The notes beneath the pieces are model-generated. The model was not told where the DNA came from. It did no database searches and was given only the letters and a program-made list of their open reading frames with translations. Both the position numbers and the translations under genes were made by a program. 64,000 bases of DNA from Dictyostelium discoideum (Eukaryota): contig CM000154.2 in the NCBI GenBank assembly GCA_000004695.1, positions 1,632,001 to 1,696,000 on the forward strand, read 5' to 3'. Every line of letters starts with the position of its first letter. The first letter of the stretch is position 1. Below, piece by piece: positions 11,762-28,234 of this stretch.

Positions 11762-12799
11762 ATGGGTAATTTAATAATTACAACATTTAAAGGACTATTC
11801 CTTGTATTATATATTGTATTTATATTTTCATGTATTGCATTAAGTGATGCAATTATGATGATTAGTATACCTGTATTATTGGTATCAAGAAGTTATTTTA
11901 GAAAGATTACAAACGCAATTGCACATTTCGGATGGCCATTAATTACATTAGCATTTGAAACATTAGGTAGAAATAAACTTGTTTTCACAGGTGATTCAAT
12001 TAAAGATTATCAAAATTTTGATAACAATCAAAAGAAAGTTTTAGGTAAAGATCGTAATGCATTGGTATTGATTAATCATACATATCATTGTGATTGGTTA
12101 TTATCATTCAGTTTGGGTGAAAGAAGTGGCAGAATTGGGAATATCAAAATAGCAATGAAGGATATAATCAAGTATGTCCCCTTTGCAGGTATTGGCATCT
12201 GGGCAATGGGTTTCATATTCCTATCGAGAAAATGGCAAAACGACCAACCCAAGATCAATAAAGCCTACGAACACCTTCGTAAAGATGGCGAACCATTTTG
12301 GTTCGTTACCCATCCAGAAGGTAGCAGAGTGAGTGAAAAGAATTTAAAAGAGTCTCAAGAATTCTCAAGGTCTCGTGGTTTACCAATTTTGGAGAATCTT
12401 TTAATCCCACGTGTCAAAGGCTTCACCTCATCAGTGGTTGCATTACATGACCAAATCGATGCAGTCTACGACCTAACGGTGGCATATAAAAAGAAGCCTG
12501 GAAATATCTTTAGACTATTATACGGTGCCAATCCAACTGAAATTCATGTTCATGTGCGTAGATTCCCAATTTCGTCAATACCAGTTAACGATATCAAAGG
12601 TGTTGAACAATGGTTATATAAAACTTATCAAGAAAAAGATAGACTATTAAAATCATTCAAAGAGAATGGTTATTTCTCTGATGGTAAATTTTTAGATCAA
12701 CCATTTAAACCTCAAAAATATTTAAAGAATTTATTTGTTTGGATAATTAGTTTATTAATTTTTTTTACAATTTTAATAAATTTATATTTTAAAAAATAA
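11762..12799 (+). CDS. Lysophospholipid acyltransferase (1-acyl-sn-glycerol-3-phosphate acyltransferase / LCLAT1-AGPAT3-5-like).
   Basis: Single 345-aa ORF. It has the HX4D motif (LVLINHTYHCDWL), the FPEGTR-type motif (FVTHPEGSRV), N- and C-terminal TM segments, and the C-terminal acyltransferase_C-like region. Confidence 0.75.
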   Translation: MGNLIITTFKGLFLVLYIVFIFSCIALSDAIMMISIPVLLVSRSYFRKITNAIAHFGWPLITLAFETLGRNKLVFTGDSIKDYQNFDNNQKKVLGKDRNALVLINHTYHCDWLLSFSLGERSGRIGNIKIAMKDIIKYVPFAGIGIWAMGFIFLSRKWQNDQPKINKAYEHLRKDGEPFWFVTHPEGSRVSEKNLKESQEFSRSRGLPILENLLIPRVKGFTSSVVALHDQIDAVYDLTVAYKKKPGNIFRLLYGANPTEIHVHVRRFPISSIPVNDIKGVEQWLYKTYQEKDRLLKSFKENGYFSDGKFLDQPFKPQKYLKNLFVWIISLLIFFTILINLYFKK

Positions 12800-12865
12800 A
12801 TAAAAAAAAATAAAATAAAAAAAATAAATATTTGGTGTATTATTATATATAATATATATGATTTA

Positions 12866-12912
<47 letters not shown>

Positions 12913-12946
12913 AAAATTTGTAAGATATCCTTTGTTTTGATATTTA

Positions 12947-13218
12947 TTATGATATAAATACTTTTTGAACCCTTTCGATTGGTTCTATACACATAGGACA
13001 AACTTGAAGGAATTGAGAACAATAGAAACAAATTGCATAATGGCCACACCAAAGTAAAACAGTATCTGATGGTCTTTCCCAACAAACTTTACAACATCTG
13101 TCATCCTTTGAACTTGAACTTATTGTACTATGTAATGTACTATTATCACGTTTATGCTTATGAGTACTATTATTATTATTATTATTATTGTTGTTGCTAT
13201 TTATATTTACACTATTTA

Positions 13219-13290
<72 letters not shown>

Positions 13291-13397
13291 TTTTGTTATT
13301 TCCACTATCTATTAATTCAATGGATAGTTGTTGTTTTAATTGTACATTATTATTATTTATATTATTTATATTATTATTATTATTATTGTTGTTGTTG

Positions 13398-13472
<75 letters not shown>

Positions 13473-14620
13473 ATTGCGTTCAATTGATTTAAACCACTAT
13501 CACTTGATGACCATGAAGATGCTAAAGAATCTGTTGCTGTATTAAATAAAGGAGGCGAATTTAAAGGTTGGGGTGTTGGATGATGTGAGCTATGATACAT
13601 ATTATTACCACCATTTGTTGGTGGTTGATTGCTATTATTATTGTTATTATTATTACTGCTATTATTATTGTTGTTATTATTATTACTACTATTATTATTA
13701 CTATTGTTGCCCCCATTATATATATTATTATTTGAAGAAGAAGCGGCTAAAGATTGTTGTTGTTGTTGTTGTTGTTGTATATTTGAAGAAGTTGGTGAAG
13801 GTTTCATATTTGTAATTTTATTAACTTTACAAAATTTTTCACTTAACATCGTAATGATTTGATAATGTGAGTTTTGTTTCGCAAAAAATATGGCAGTTTT
13901 CCCTACAGCGTCCCTTTTATTCACATCTGCTCCCATATTTAATAAATATTTCACTAAAATTTGATTTCCTTCATTTGCTGCCCACATCAATGGTGTCATC
14001 TTTTGTTTATCACATAAATTAACATCAATCATTATCATACCATTATTATTATTATTATTATTATATAAATTATTACCACTATTATTTAAAGTTGAAGAAG
14101 ATGAAGCACCACCCAATGTGGGTGATGAATTATATGTACTTTCTTTTTCTGACCTATTATTATTATTATTATTATTACTATTATTACAATTATTATTATT
14201 ATTATTATTTAAATCAGTTGTACAAGTAAATAAAATTTCGACTAATTTTTCATCACCTCTTTTAACAGCTGTAATTAATGGAGTTAATGATAATTCAGTG
14301 ACAGAATTTGGGTTTGCACCAGCACGAAGTAATAATGATACTAATTCCTCTTCACCATTGATAACACAATGATGTATTGGTGTTAAACCTGAATTATTTG
14401 GAATATTTATATTGGCACCCATTTTAATTAATTCGATGATCACTGATTTCTTTCCCATTTGTGATGCTATATTTATTAATGTGCTACCTGATGAATCGGT
14501 AATTGAATTGATGTCAACCTTTTTCATTTTTTTCATTATCTTTTTAAATTTTGAAACTCCATATTCACTTTGTATACTTTCAATTGCACGATTTCTTAAC
14601 TTACTTTCTGATTGTCCCAT
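12947..14620 (-). CDS. Ankyrin-repeat + C-terminal C3HC4 RING E3 ubiquitin ligase with an N-myristoylation consensus (MGQSESK). The linker is poly-N/poly-Q.
   Basis: Single 557-aa ORF. ANK repeats: GSTLINIASQMGKKSVIIELIKMGANIN...GLTPIHHCVINGEEELVSLLLRAGANPN... and MTPLMWAANEGNQILVKYLLNMGADVNKRDAVGKTAIFFA. RING: CKVCWERPSDTVLLWCGHYAICFYCSQFLQVCPMCIEPI. Confidence 0.75.
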
Positions 14621-15548
14621 TTTATTATTATTATTATTATTATTATTTTTTTATTTATTTAAAAAATAAAAAATTATTTAAATGGAGATATTATTTATTT
14701 ATTTTTATTATTATTTTTTTTATTATTTTTTTTATTTATTTTTATTTATTTATTTTTATTTATTTTTATTTATTTAATTATTTATTTATTTTTTGGTGGT
14801 TTAAAAAAAAAAAACTTTACCCCTTTTTTTTTTTTTTTTTTTTTTTCCCAACTATCCTTTTTTTTTTTTTTTTCCTTTTTTTTTTTTTTTTTTTTTGTAG
14901 TTTAGAAAAAAACTCTTTTTTATCTCCTTTTTTTTTCCTATAGGAAAACTGATTTTTTTTTTTTTTTTTTTTTTTTGTAAATAATTTATTATTGCTCTTT
15001 TTTTATATGAAAATTTTTTTATTTTTTTTATTTTTTTATTTTTTTATTTTTTATTTTTTATTTTTTTTTGAAATTATAATAAAAAATTTCTATAGTGTCT
15101 TGTTATTTTTAGAATTGAGATATATAATTATTTTTTATTTTTGTATTTTTTTTTTTTTTTTTTTTCAAAAAAAAAAAAAAACTAATTTATTATTAATTTT
15201 TAATGTTAGAGTTTTTTTTTTATGGATATTTTATATGTTGTGTTGTAAAAAAAAATAAAAATAAAAAATAAAAATAAAAATAAAAAAAATGTGAGATGTG
15301 GTTGTTATAAATAAACTATATCAAAAATAAAATTTAAAATAAAAAAAAAATAAATAAAAAAAAAAACACTTCAAAGGGGTTGGTATTTAAAAAAATTCTC
15401 AATTTTTCGGACTTTTAAGATAGTTTTGTGATTTAAATAAATTATAATAGGGATTTTTTTGAAAGATTTTTAAAGGGCCCTTATTTATTATTATGGTTAT
15501 TATTATTTTAACCACGGGGATTTTATTGTAAGTTAAAGGGGGTAAACC

Positions 15549-15648
15549 NNNNNNNNNNNNNNNNNNNNNNNNNNNNNNNNNNNNNNNNNNNNNNNNNNNN
15601 NNNNNNNNNNNNNNNNNNNNNNNNNNNNNNNNNNNNNNNNNNNNNNNN
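15549..15648. other. Assembly gap (100 N).
   Basis: Run of n characters. Confidence 1.
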
Positions 15649-16132
15649 TATTATTATTATTGTTATTATTATTTTTATTATTATTATTTTATTATTATTT
15701 TAAATGTAATAAACTAATAAATAAAATTAAATAATTAAATAATTTAAGAGTTAAAGAATAAAAAAAAAAAAAAAAAATAAAATTAAAAATAAAAAAAAAA
15801 TTAATAAAAAAAAAAACACTTCTAAGGGGTTGGTAATTAAAAATAGAATCAAAATTAAAAAAATAAAAAAAAAATAAAAAAATAAAAAAAAAATAAAAAA
15901 AAAATAAAAAAAATAAAATAAAATAACAATCTTTTTTTTTTTTTTATTTTTTTTTTATTAATCTAGGGGTAAATATTGAATGGTAGTGGTGGTTAAGTTA
16001 CATTTATTTTTGCATTGCAGAGTCGTCGGATATATTACTTTTTATTATTTTTTTTTCCAATTTTTTTTTTCTTTTTTTTTATATATATTTTATTATTATT
16101 ATTATTATTATTATTTTTTTTTATCTATTTAT

Positions 16133-16942
16133 CTATTTATTTAAAAATTTATTTAAATCAAATAATTCTTCCTCTAATTTTTTCTTTTGTTTTTGTAATT
16201 TTCCAAACGATAGTTTTTCTTTTTCTTTTACAATCAATTCATCCAATTGATTGTTTTCGATCATAATTCCTTTATATTGATTTCTTATAAATTCAATCTC
16301 TTCAATAATATTAATATTTATATCATTATCATTATTTTTATTATTATTATTATTATTATCAGTTTCTTTATTTTTATTTTTATTATTTTTATTATTTTTA
16401 AAAGTTAGTTTTACTTTTTTTCCATTTTTTTTTATTTTTTTTTTTATTATCTTTATTTATTTTTTTTATTTATTACATACCTAAAATCATTGGATCATCA
16501 AATTCATTATTGGATTGATTTCCAAATGAATAATCAATATTGTTAAATAAATTGGAAATTAAATTAATGATTTGATGTTTGGTTTGTTCCAAATGTTGAT
16601 TTTCCAAATTATAATTTTCCAATTCTTTATCCAATAATGAAAATTCTTTTTTAATTTTAAATTCCAATTGTATAGTTTGTTCGATTGATGGTTTTTTAGT
16701 GTTTTCAATATTTTCCAATTGAAAATATAATTTCTTAATATCATATTGTTTTTTCGCCACTTCAACTTTTAATTGATGTGATTCCAACTCTAATGATTGT
16801 AATCTTTCACAATTTGTTTTCTTTATAGTTTCATTATATTTTAAACTGGAATAAACTTGTTTTAATCTTTCACTTTGTTTATTAAATAATATATTTAATT
16901 TCATTATTTGATTCTTTAAAATTTCATTATCTTTACAATTTA

Positions 16943-16994
<52 letters not shown>

Positions 16995-17051
16995 TATTTG
17001 ACTTTTTAAATCATTGTGAAAATTATTCTTTTCTTCTTCTTCCATTTTCAT
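16133..17051 (-). CDS. Coiled-coil protein with a poly-N tract, function unknown. Exons are 17051-16481 and 16365-16133.
   Basis: Exon 1 ORF is MKMEEEEKNNFHNDLKSQI...DDPMILG with donor G|GTATGT at 16480. The acceptor is aaataaag| at 16366. Exon 2 reads (E)TDNNNNNNKNNDNDININIIEEIEFIRNQYKGIMIENNQLDELIVKEKEKLSFGKLQKQKKKLEEELFDLNKFLNK*. Phase is 571 + 233 nt. Confidence 0.5.
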
Positions 17052-17758
17052 AAATTAAATAATTCAAAAGATAGAGTGAATAAAAAAAAATAATAATAAA
17101 AAAAAAAATAATGTTTAAAAGACTAATAGATTTAAAATTGTATTTATACTCTTTTTTTTTTTATTTTTATTTTTTCAATTATTAATTTTTTTTTTTTTTT
17201 AATTAAAATAAATAAATAAACATTTGATTTAATTAACCCATGTTTGTAAATCACGATAATATATTATTAATAGTTTAATGACATTTTTATCCATTTATAG
17301 AGTTTAGTTTTGTTTTGTTTTGTTTTTTTTATTTATTTTATTTTTATTAATTTTATTTTATTTTATTTTTATTTTTTTTAAAAAAAAAAAAAAAGTGTGT
17401 GTGGGTTTAAAATATATAATACAAATGTGGTAAAAAACAGTATTTTTTATTTTTGTTGGATAACACCGTTCATTAAAAAAAAAAAAAAAAAAATTAAAAA
17501 AAATAAATAAAAAAAGGAAAAAAATTTAATAATTAAATTAAGTTTTCAAAATAAAATTTTTTTTTTTTATTTTTTTTTATTTTTTTTCTAAATTAAATTT
17601 TTTTTTTTACTTTTTTTTTATTTTTTTATTATTATTATTATTATTATTTTCCATTCATATATACCATCATCACTTATTAGTTTAAAATTACAAATATAAA
17701 ATAATATAAATTGGGAAGAGGGTAAAAATTATTTTCCATACAGCTTCAAATCAGTATT

Positions 17759-20129
<2,371 letters not shown>

Positions 20130-20257
20130 TGAAAAATACATTTAAATAATAATAAATAATAGTTTTTTTATTATTAAAAACATAAAATATAAATAAATAA
20201 AGTATACAAATACATACTTAAAAGTATTTTTAATAATACATAGTTTATTTGTTTTTG

Positions 20258-23200
20258 TTATTCAGTTTTTAAACCAGTTTTAATTGATTTTTTTAATATT
20301 TTAAAATATTTATGTTTTAAATAATATTCATAAAGTATAAATCTATATACTAGTGTTCCAATTATTAATGGTATAAGCAAAAGTAATAAAAATATAAGAG
20401 GATTAATTTTACTATTACCATTTCCAATGTCATTATCATTTGGTGAGGGTTTTTCTGTTTGATTTGGTTTAATATTATATAAAGAAAATGATTGAATTGA
20501 ATAGTCATCAATAATGTTATAATACTTTCCTTGGATATATGCATATATTGTTGTATTTACACTAATTTTTAAAGAATTATTAATTGAGAAATCATAATTT
20601 TTAAAATTATATAATGGAGGAATTGATTTATAATATGTGTCATTATAATTTGAAATATAAATAAATATTAAATCGTTAATATCTGTTGTGGAACTTGATA
20701 CTAAAGAAATCAGAGTTGATGGATGGAATGATGTTACTAATGGTACCATTTCAATTAAGGGTCTATCTCCATAAACTGTTATTGAAATTGTTGCTTCTGT
20801 TGAATAGAGATAATCATAAGGTTGGTTTGATTTCTCAACGGTTGCAATTGCAACTATATAATATACACCAACATAGTTTGGAGAGAATTTACCAACATAT
20901 TGATAATCATAAGTTGAGCCAGTTGGTTGTTTAATTGCATCAATTAAAAGTGGTATGTTGGATTTGGAATTCGAATATTTAATTGAGAAAAATATTGAAC
21001 AACTTTCACCTGGATAAAGTGTTGTACAACTCATTGTGATGAATTGATTTTTACTTTTATCCAAATAACCTCCTTGACCTGGATTAATTATTGGTTTGTT
21101 TGGACGAAGATATTTCTCTACAGTGTAAATGAAATCTAATATATTACTATTTGCTTTAAAACTATTTACACACATCATTAAAAAGATTGTAATGGTTTCT
21201 TCAGAATTTGGTGATGATAAAAATAAACTTGATGGAAATAGTTGAGATTGAGGTGATGGGATTGTTGCTGGATCATTTTGATTTGATGAATTTATAAACT
21301 CAATAACTGGTAAACAACCATTATCACAATTACCATAGATTGTTACATTTTTATAATAGGTACCTGATGGTTTTGAAACATATGGGTCAGAACATCTATC
21401 TCGTAAGATGATTTCAGAATTTGATGGCTCTGAACAAATAAAATCCTTTGGACAATCAATTGCACTAATTGAAAACTTTTGATATGATAAACTTGGAGAT
21501 AATTTCAAAATTAAACTAGTTCCATTTAATGGTTGTGAATCTTCAGTTGCATCACCATTACCAACTTCAACTTTGAATGATCCAATATGTTGAAAGTTTT
21601 TATTATTTGGATAAATTCCAAAATCAAGAGAGTTTGAAATATATTCACCATATTGTAAAAAAATTGGAGGATCCATTTGATATGTATAAACTAAAACTTT
21701 ACAAATTTGTTTACTATTTAATAATTTATTAAAAAAATTCTAAAAATTAAAAAAAAAATAAAAAAAAAAGAATTTTAAAATTTATTATGATAATTATTAA
21801 AGTGATTCTATTCTATTCTATTCTATTCTTTTTTTTTTTTTTTTTATTTTTAAACTTACTTTAAAATTTTTTGAACAAATACAATAATAACCTTTTTCAA
21901 TTGAAGATATATTAAAAGGATTTAAATATTCTAAACTATTTGAAACTTGAATATCTAAAGATGATTGACAAACTGATAAATCACTTGAACTTTTTATTAA
22001 TGTATATTGATATAAAGTTTTAAGACCAACTAATAATGAATTACTTTGAATTGTAATTAAATAACTATTTGAATCTTTTTGATATTTTGATTTGATAGTT
22101 GGTAATAATTGATCGAAATCAAATGTTAATTTAAAGTATTTTTGAGTAATTCTTGAACATGCTTGATTTATACAACCAATGGCTCTAAGATGTAATAAAC
22201 AACCAAATTCAGGTGTTGTACATTGAATTACTAAATAATCATCTTGAAAATATTCTATACCACTGGAGCTATTTAATAGTGGTGGATTAGTAATACCTTG
22301 ATCAACTATATCATAAAATATACTATAGTTTTTATAAAAGGTAATGGTAGTAATTGAAGTTGAAGTTGTATCCTCTATGGATGGTATTAATATTTTCAAT
22401 GGTACACTATTGGTAAAATTAATTTGATTAGGTGGTGAAATTATTGGTGGTGGTATGGTTGGTTGAACTTTATAAATGAAATCACCTGTAAAACTGAAAT
22501 ATTGATCCAATTTAGAAAGTACTTTAAATGTAATATTATTCATACCAATGGTTGGTTCTGCAATTAAATCGACACCATACTTTGGATTATATTTATTACT
22601 TGGAGGATCTGATAAATCAGTTGAATAATAAATCCATGATGATGAAATACTATTAATTGATGGGGTGGTTTTACAATCAATTAATATAGTCACCTTTACA
22701 TCAAAAATAAGTGTATCACCATTGGAGGCAGAGTATGGTGATGGTGTTAAGGTACAATTAATTAAACCTTGAAATTTATAAATACTTGAGGCAACATCGC
22801 TACTTAAACGACCACTCTTAAATGAACGTACTTTTAATTCTATTGTATCGATATTTGTAAATGTTAAACCTTGACTAGTTGGGAAAGCTATTGATGTTTC
22901 AATTGGATCACTAGAATCAATTGTATAACGTAATGTATAGCCAGTGGTAACTTGAATATCGTATACTAAATTCACTATTGTATCAGTTTTATAGGAACCA
23001 GAAGGTAATGTAAAAGTTGGTGCTGGTAATGGTGGCATACAAGAGAAACTAGATTTATCAAATGAAAAACGACCAAAACAACCACAACTATTGATTTCAT
23101 TTCGAGGTAGTAATGAAGTTGGTGGATAAATATAGCTTAATGATGAGGGACTCTCTTTAAAGGTTGGCATTGTTGGACAAGCAATGCAAGCAAATGGCAC

Positions 23201-26200
23201 TACACTCTTTGGAGAAACAGTTTCATAATCTATATCAATTTGATTAGCTTGTAATGGTAATGTTGATTTTGGAATCACAATTTCAAACTCTATAAAATTT
23301 GAAGATTCTGTTGAAATTGAAATTGAAATATCTTTCATTGTTGTTGGATTTGGTAATGGTGTAATTGATATTCTAGAGATTTTAGTTGTCGATGGTAAAT
23401 TTAATATAACATAGCCAAAACCTGTTTGACCACTCGTACACCAATAGCTATTTGCATTATCATCGAATAAATTATTACAGGTATTACCAGTACCATCATT
23501 ACTACTTGATGAACATGATATTGGTTTAATTTGTTCACCTCTTTCATTAAAAATTCTAACTGAAAGTAAACCAACTTTTTTATCAATATTATTTGAATAA
23601 TAATTATCACTTTTATTATATTGATAGACTGATGAAATTAAAAGTTGTTTTGTTTTCAATAACTTAAATTCACCATCAATACAATCACATTGAGATGGAT
23701 CATTTAAATTTCTAAATGAATTTGTTGGACATTTTGATAGACAATAATTTAAACCACCATTAACTACAAATTCTTTTGAAGTATCTTTACAATGACAAGT
23801 ACAATCGGTTAAATTTAAAGCCAAACCATCGGAATCTAAACAAGATGAAACACAATTACCTTTACATAAAGTTTCACCAATTTGAGGATCACATGAATTA
23901 ATAATCATATCATTTGTATTTTTATAACCTAATTCCTTTGGTGATAATGCTCTGTTATAAGTTTTAAATTCATCAATCATAAAAGAGATTCTATTAAATT
24001 GTGAACCACCAATATATTGATAGTTTGATTGAGCATTGAAAGCTGTAGTTGTGAATATAGTCCTACCAACTCTTTCACCATTTATATAGAAACTAATGAT
24101 ATTATTAGTTTCAACTATAACTGCAAAATGAAAGAATGATGCTGGTATTACCATTGAAGGTACTGTTGAATCTTTGAAAATGATTTGTTGTGTTGATGGG
24201 TTTGTTATTGAAGGTGTAATTGTTTTGTTACTTGCAGTGTAAATGAATGATAATTCCCATGATTGATAAATTCCTGTAATACCAACAATAGAATCAATGT
24301 TTGGTAAATTTGCTGTATCAATTTTTAACCACATTTCAATTGTAGTAGCACGATTTAAAAAATCTGTTGGTAAAATATTACGTGGTGAATTATAATCTGA
24401 ATTTGTGAAAATCAATTGATATTTTGGAGTTACCAAACAACTATCAGTTATGCCATTTGAACCGAACCCTAATCTATTTGAATTAATAGTGAATGCAGAT
24501 GGTGAAGTTGGTATTGTACATTCATATATTGTGTTATTCATTAATGGTGAATAATAACCAATTGGAGTATCAATACATGGTTGAAGGTTATAATTATCCC
24601 AAGTACCTAATTTATATTGTTTTGGTAGACCACATAGGTAAGGACAAAATGGTGAAATACCAATTTTACCATTGCTCAATAGAAAACTGGCAATCGTATT
24701 TTCAGGAATATCTCTACAAATATCACAAACACCATCGAAACCATAATAAAAATTCACTGTAACATCAGTGACACATTCACTGTGATCATAATGTCTACAA
24801 GTTGGATAAGGACATGAATTTGGTGAAACTGTTCCAACGACTGGTGGTATAATTATTGGTGGTGGATAAATGATTGGTTTATTTGTTGATTTTGGATAAA
24901 CTAAATTTAAAACATATCCATCTTGTTGAAATAATAATGAATCTGAACTTTTTACTACATTTGAAAATAAACTAGATGTAATAAATCTAACATTATTCTT
25001 ATTACCAAAATCATACATTAAAATATCAGTACCACCACCACCACCACCATTACCAATACCAACTAATTGTCCTGTACCTGATAATTGATTTAAAATTGTT
25101 AAATCTAATGTTGTTGATTCTATCTTTTTTACCAAATCTCTACAATAACAAATATCTTCAAATGTAATCTTTTTTGATAAACTATAATAAAATGATGATG
25201 TTGTTGAAGAAGATGGTGAAATAATTTGATTAAATGATTTATATATTGAATTTATAATATTAAAATCACAATAAAAATAATTTAAAGAAGTTGATAATAT
25301 TAGAGTACTGCTGCCACTACCTGAAGTTATTAAATTTGAACTTGATTTTATTAAATTTGAAATTAAAAATAAATTTGATTCAATTGATTTTAAATTATTA
25401 AAATTTAAATTTTGATACTCTCCAATAATAATATTCTTTGATTCAATTGATAAATTATTTAATAATAATAATTCATTTACTAATAATCCGATTAAAGTTG
25501 AACTGGTAGTAAATTCTAAATAATATTCTAATAGAGTTTGACCTGCTTCAAATAAATTTGGAATTTGAATTTCAAATTGATTTGTTGATCCAAAAAATAT
25601 ATCAATACATGATAATTGATAATCATTTAATTGTTTTAAATCTTTTAAAATATTTGTTAAAGTTGAATTTATTGATAAATTATAAGTTGATGATGAAGAT
25701 GATACTGCTGCTACTGTTGAATAAGGAGAATAATCTGGTAAAAATTGTAAAATATTTAATAATGAATTTAATGAATTTAAAACTGTATTAATTGAATATG
25801 ATGTTTGATCAATTATTTTCGATTTTAATGGATCTGATAAAATCAATGGATCAATTGGTGATAAAAGTGATTGAATGTTTTTTGGAATTGGTGGTTGTGA
25901 TAAATTTATAAAATTATTAATTATTAATTTAATTTGTTCAATCATTTCATTCCAATATGAATTTGAACGATTATATTGATCAATTGATTGATAATTACTT
26001 AAAAATGATGAAACATAATAAAAATAGGTTTGTTTTGAAGAGAAATAAGATTTAATTGAATTCTTTACATTTAATCCTTTATCAATAAATAATAAAATTA
26101 TTTGAATATCTGATAAATTTGGTGAATCATTATCAATACATCTTGAAATTGGTAAAATAATTTTACAATCTTCTAGATTATTATTATCTGTATAACATTT

Positions 26201-26617
26201 TAATTTTTCATTAAAATTAAATGAACTATTTTTAATATTTTCTATGTTTAACTTTTGTTAAAAAAAAAAATAATAAAATAATAAAATAAAAATAAAAATA
26301 AATGAATATGTTAATATTTTATTTATTTTATAATTATTATAATTAATAATAATTTTTTTACAAACATTTAATTTATTTATTGAAGGATTATTATTTGAAA
26401 AAGTATATTGTTCACATGGTTGTGATTTTTTATTAATTATAAATGATGGGGAATTTAATGTAGTTGGATATCTAAATGAACTATAAATTAAATTTGAAAT
26501 TATTGTCGAATAATAGTTCTCCCATTCAATTTGTGTTTGATTATAAATATTTTCACAATTTGTTTGTGTGAAAATTGTGAAAAATAAAAAAATAAAAATA
26601 ATTTTTGGGAAAAGCAT
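20258..26617 (-). CDS. Giant (about 2040 aa) type-I membrane glycoprotein. It has a signal peptide, a concanavalin-A/LamG-like jelly-roll, an F5/8 type C (discoidin) domain, Cys-rich EGF-like stretches, a single C-terminal TM and a short basic tail. Exons are 26617-26366, 26251-21860 and 21739-20258.
   Basis: Exon 1 is MLFPKIIFIFLFFTIFTQTNC... Its donor is AAT|GTTTGT (26365) and the acceptor is t(n)gttaacaaaag| (26252), which removes an in-frame TAA. The LamG-like region is IEMWLKIDTAN...FHFAVIVETNNIISFYINGERVG...NRALSPKELG. The discoidin-like region is NLFDDNANSYWCTSGQTGFGYVILNLP. Intron 2 is AAA|GTAAGT (21859) to ttaatttttag| (21740). The C-terminal TM is LIFLLLLLIPLIIGTLVY. Exon lengths are 252, 4392 and 1482 nt, all in phase. 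Confidence 0.55.
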
Positions 26618-26896
26618 TTTTTTTGATGGAAATTGGCGACCAAAAAAAAAAAAAAAAAAAATCTAAAAAAAACTCTTTTTTATTTTTTTTTTTTTTTTTT
26701 CAAAAACTCAAATTGGAGAACTCAATTACTGAGAGAAAAAAAAAAAAAATTTAGATTTTTAATTTATAGTTTACAATCTAAATTTTAATATTAAAACTGT
26801 AAATTAAAAAAAAAAATGAAATAAAAATATATTTTAGTAAAAAAAAAAAATAAAGAATAATACATTTTTATGATTTTTTATTATTTATTTATTTAT

Positions 26897-28154
26897 TTAT
26901 AATTTTGAATTTAATAATTTATCTTTAATTTCTTTTGAAACTCTAAAACCTGATTCTAAGGCACCTTCCATATAACCAATCCAAACTGAAGCAGTTTCTG
27001 TACCAGCCCAATGAATTCTACCAACTGGAGCACGTAAATGTTCACCACATTGGTAGAGAGTACCTGGACTAGTGTAACCTAAATAACAACCACGTGAATA
27101 TTCTTCTTCTTTCCAACTTTTCTCTAAAAAGATTCTTGGAGATAATGCTTTTGGACCCCACCAACGAGCATAACAGTCTAAGACGGCTCTCTTTCTTTCT
27201 TCTGGTGATTTTTCAGCCCAATCTTTAGCGGCTGAAGCAGCAATGAAACCAACGATAGCTGTTTTCTTATCGTCATGTGAAGAGTCATCATAGCAGATAA
27301 AGATTGGACCTTTATCAGAGATGGCTTCAGCTGAATAACCTTCTTTTCTCCAGAATGGTTCATCATAGATGGTGATGGTTTTAATGACGGAACCCATTGG
27401 CATTCTTTGAGTGAGTTCATCACGTCTTGGTGGCATAGATGGTGAATAATGAATACGGCCAGCCAATGTTGGTGGAATTGCAACAACAATGTATTTTGAA
27501 CGATAAGTTGAACCGTTATCAGTTTTAATGGTACATTGATTGGCATCTTGAATAATGGAACGCACTGGTGCATTTAAAGTGTAATGCTTCTCACCGATTT
27601 TCTTTGCTAAACCTTCAGAGATTTGTTGTGAACCACCAATTAAACGATCTTGTTGTGCTCCACCATGAATATCTGCTAATAAACCATAGTTACCAGCTGT
27701 ACGAATGAAATGTAAGAAAAATAAGAAACTAACTTCAGTTGGTTCTGCGGCAACGCAAACACGACAAAACCAATCGATGATGGATCTTGCGTCATTACCT
27801 TTAACATTCTTCTCCACCCATTGTGCTACTGTTAACTGATCATATTCCTTTGATTTACTATGTGCATATGGTTTATCTGGATTCAATTCGGCTGATAATT
27901 CATCGATCTTGCTAATTGACTCGAATAATCCTTCTAAATTATAACTCTTATTTAAATTACTAATATTACCTTGATAATAAACTTTCTTACCATTAATCTC
28001 TAATACATGTTTACCTTCATCATATTGTGGGAATGATTTAACTCCAAGTTCGTCACATAATTCTTTTAAATATTTATGTGTACCTCCCATCCATTGTCCG
28101 CCTAAATCAAACCAATAATCTTCAACTTTAATTGACTCTGTTCTACCACCAAAT

Positions 28155-28191
<37 letters not shown>

Positions 28192-28196
28192 AAATT

Positions 28197-28234
<38 letters not shown>

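Noticed and set aside
13033-13545. Numerous track ORFs made of poly-L/I/Y/F/K (for example 213-395, 13033-13545, 13188-13487, 17797-18171, 18771-18968, 31208-31522, 32313-32774, 32584-32850, 14412-14943).
   Set aside because: They are antisense or frame-shifted readings of (AAT)n/(CAA)n/homopolymer tracts that belong to real genes on the other strand or frame. They are low-complexity artefacts.
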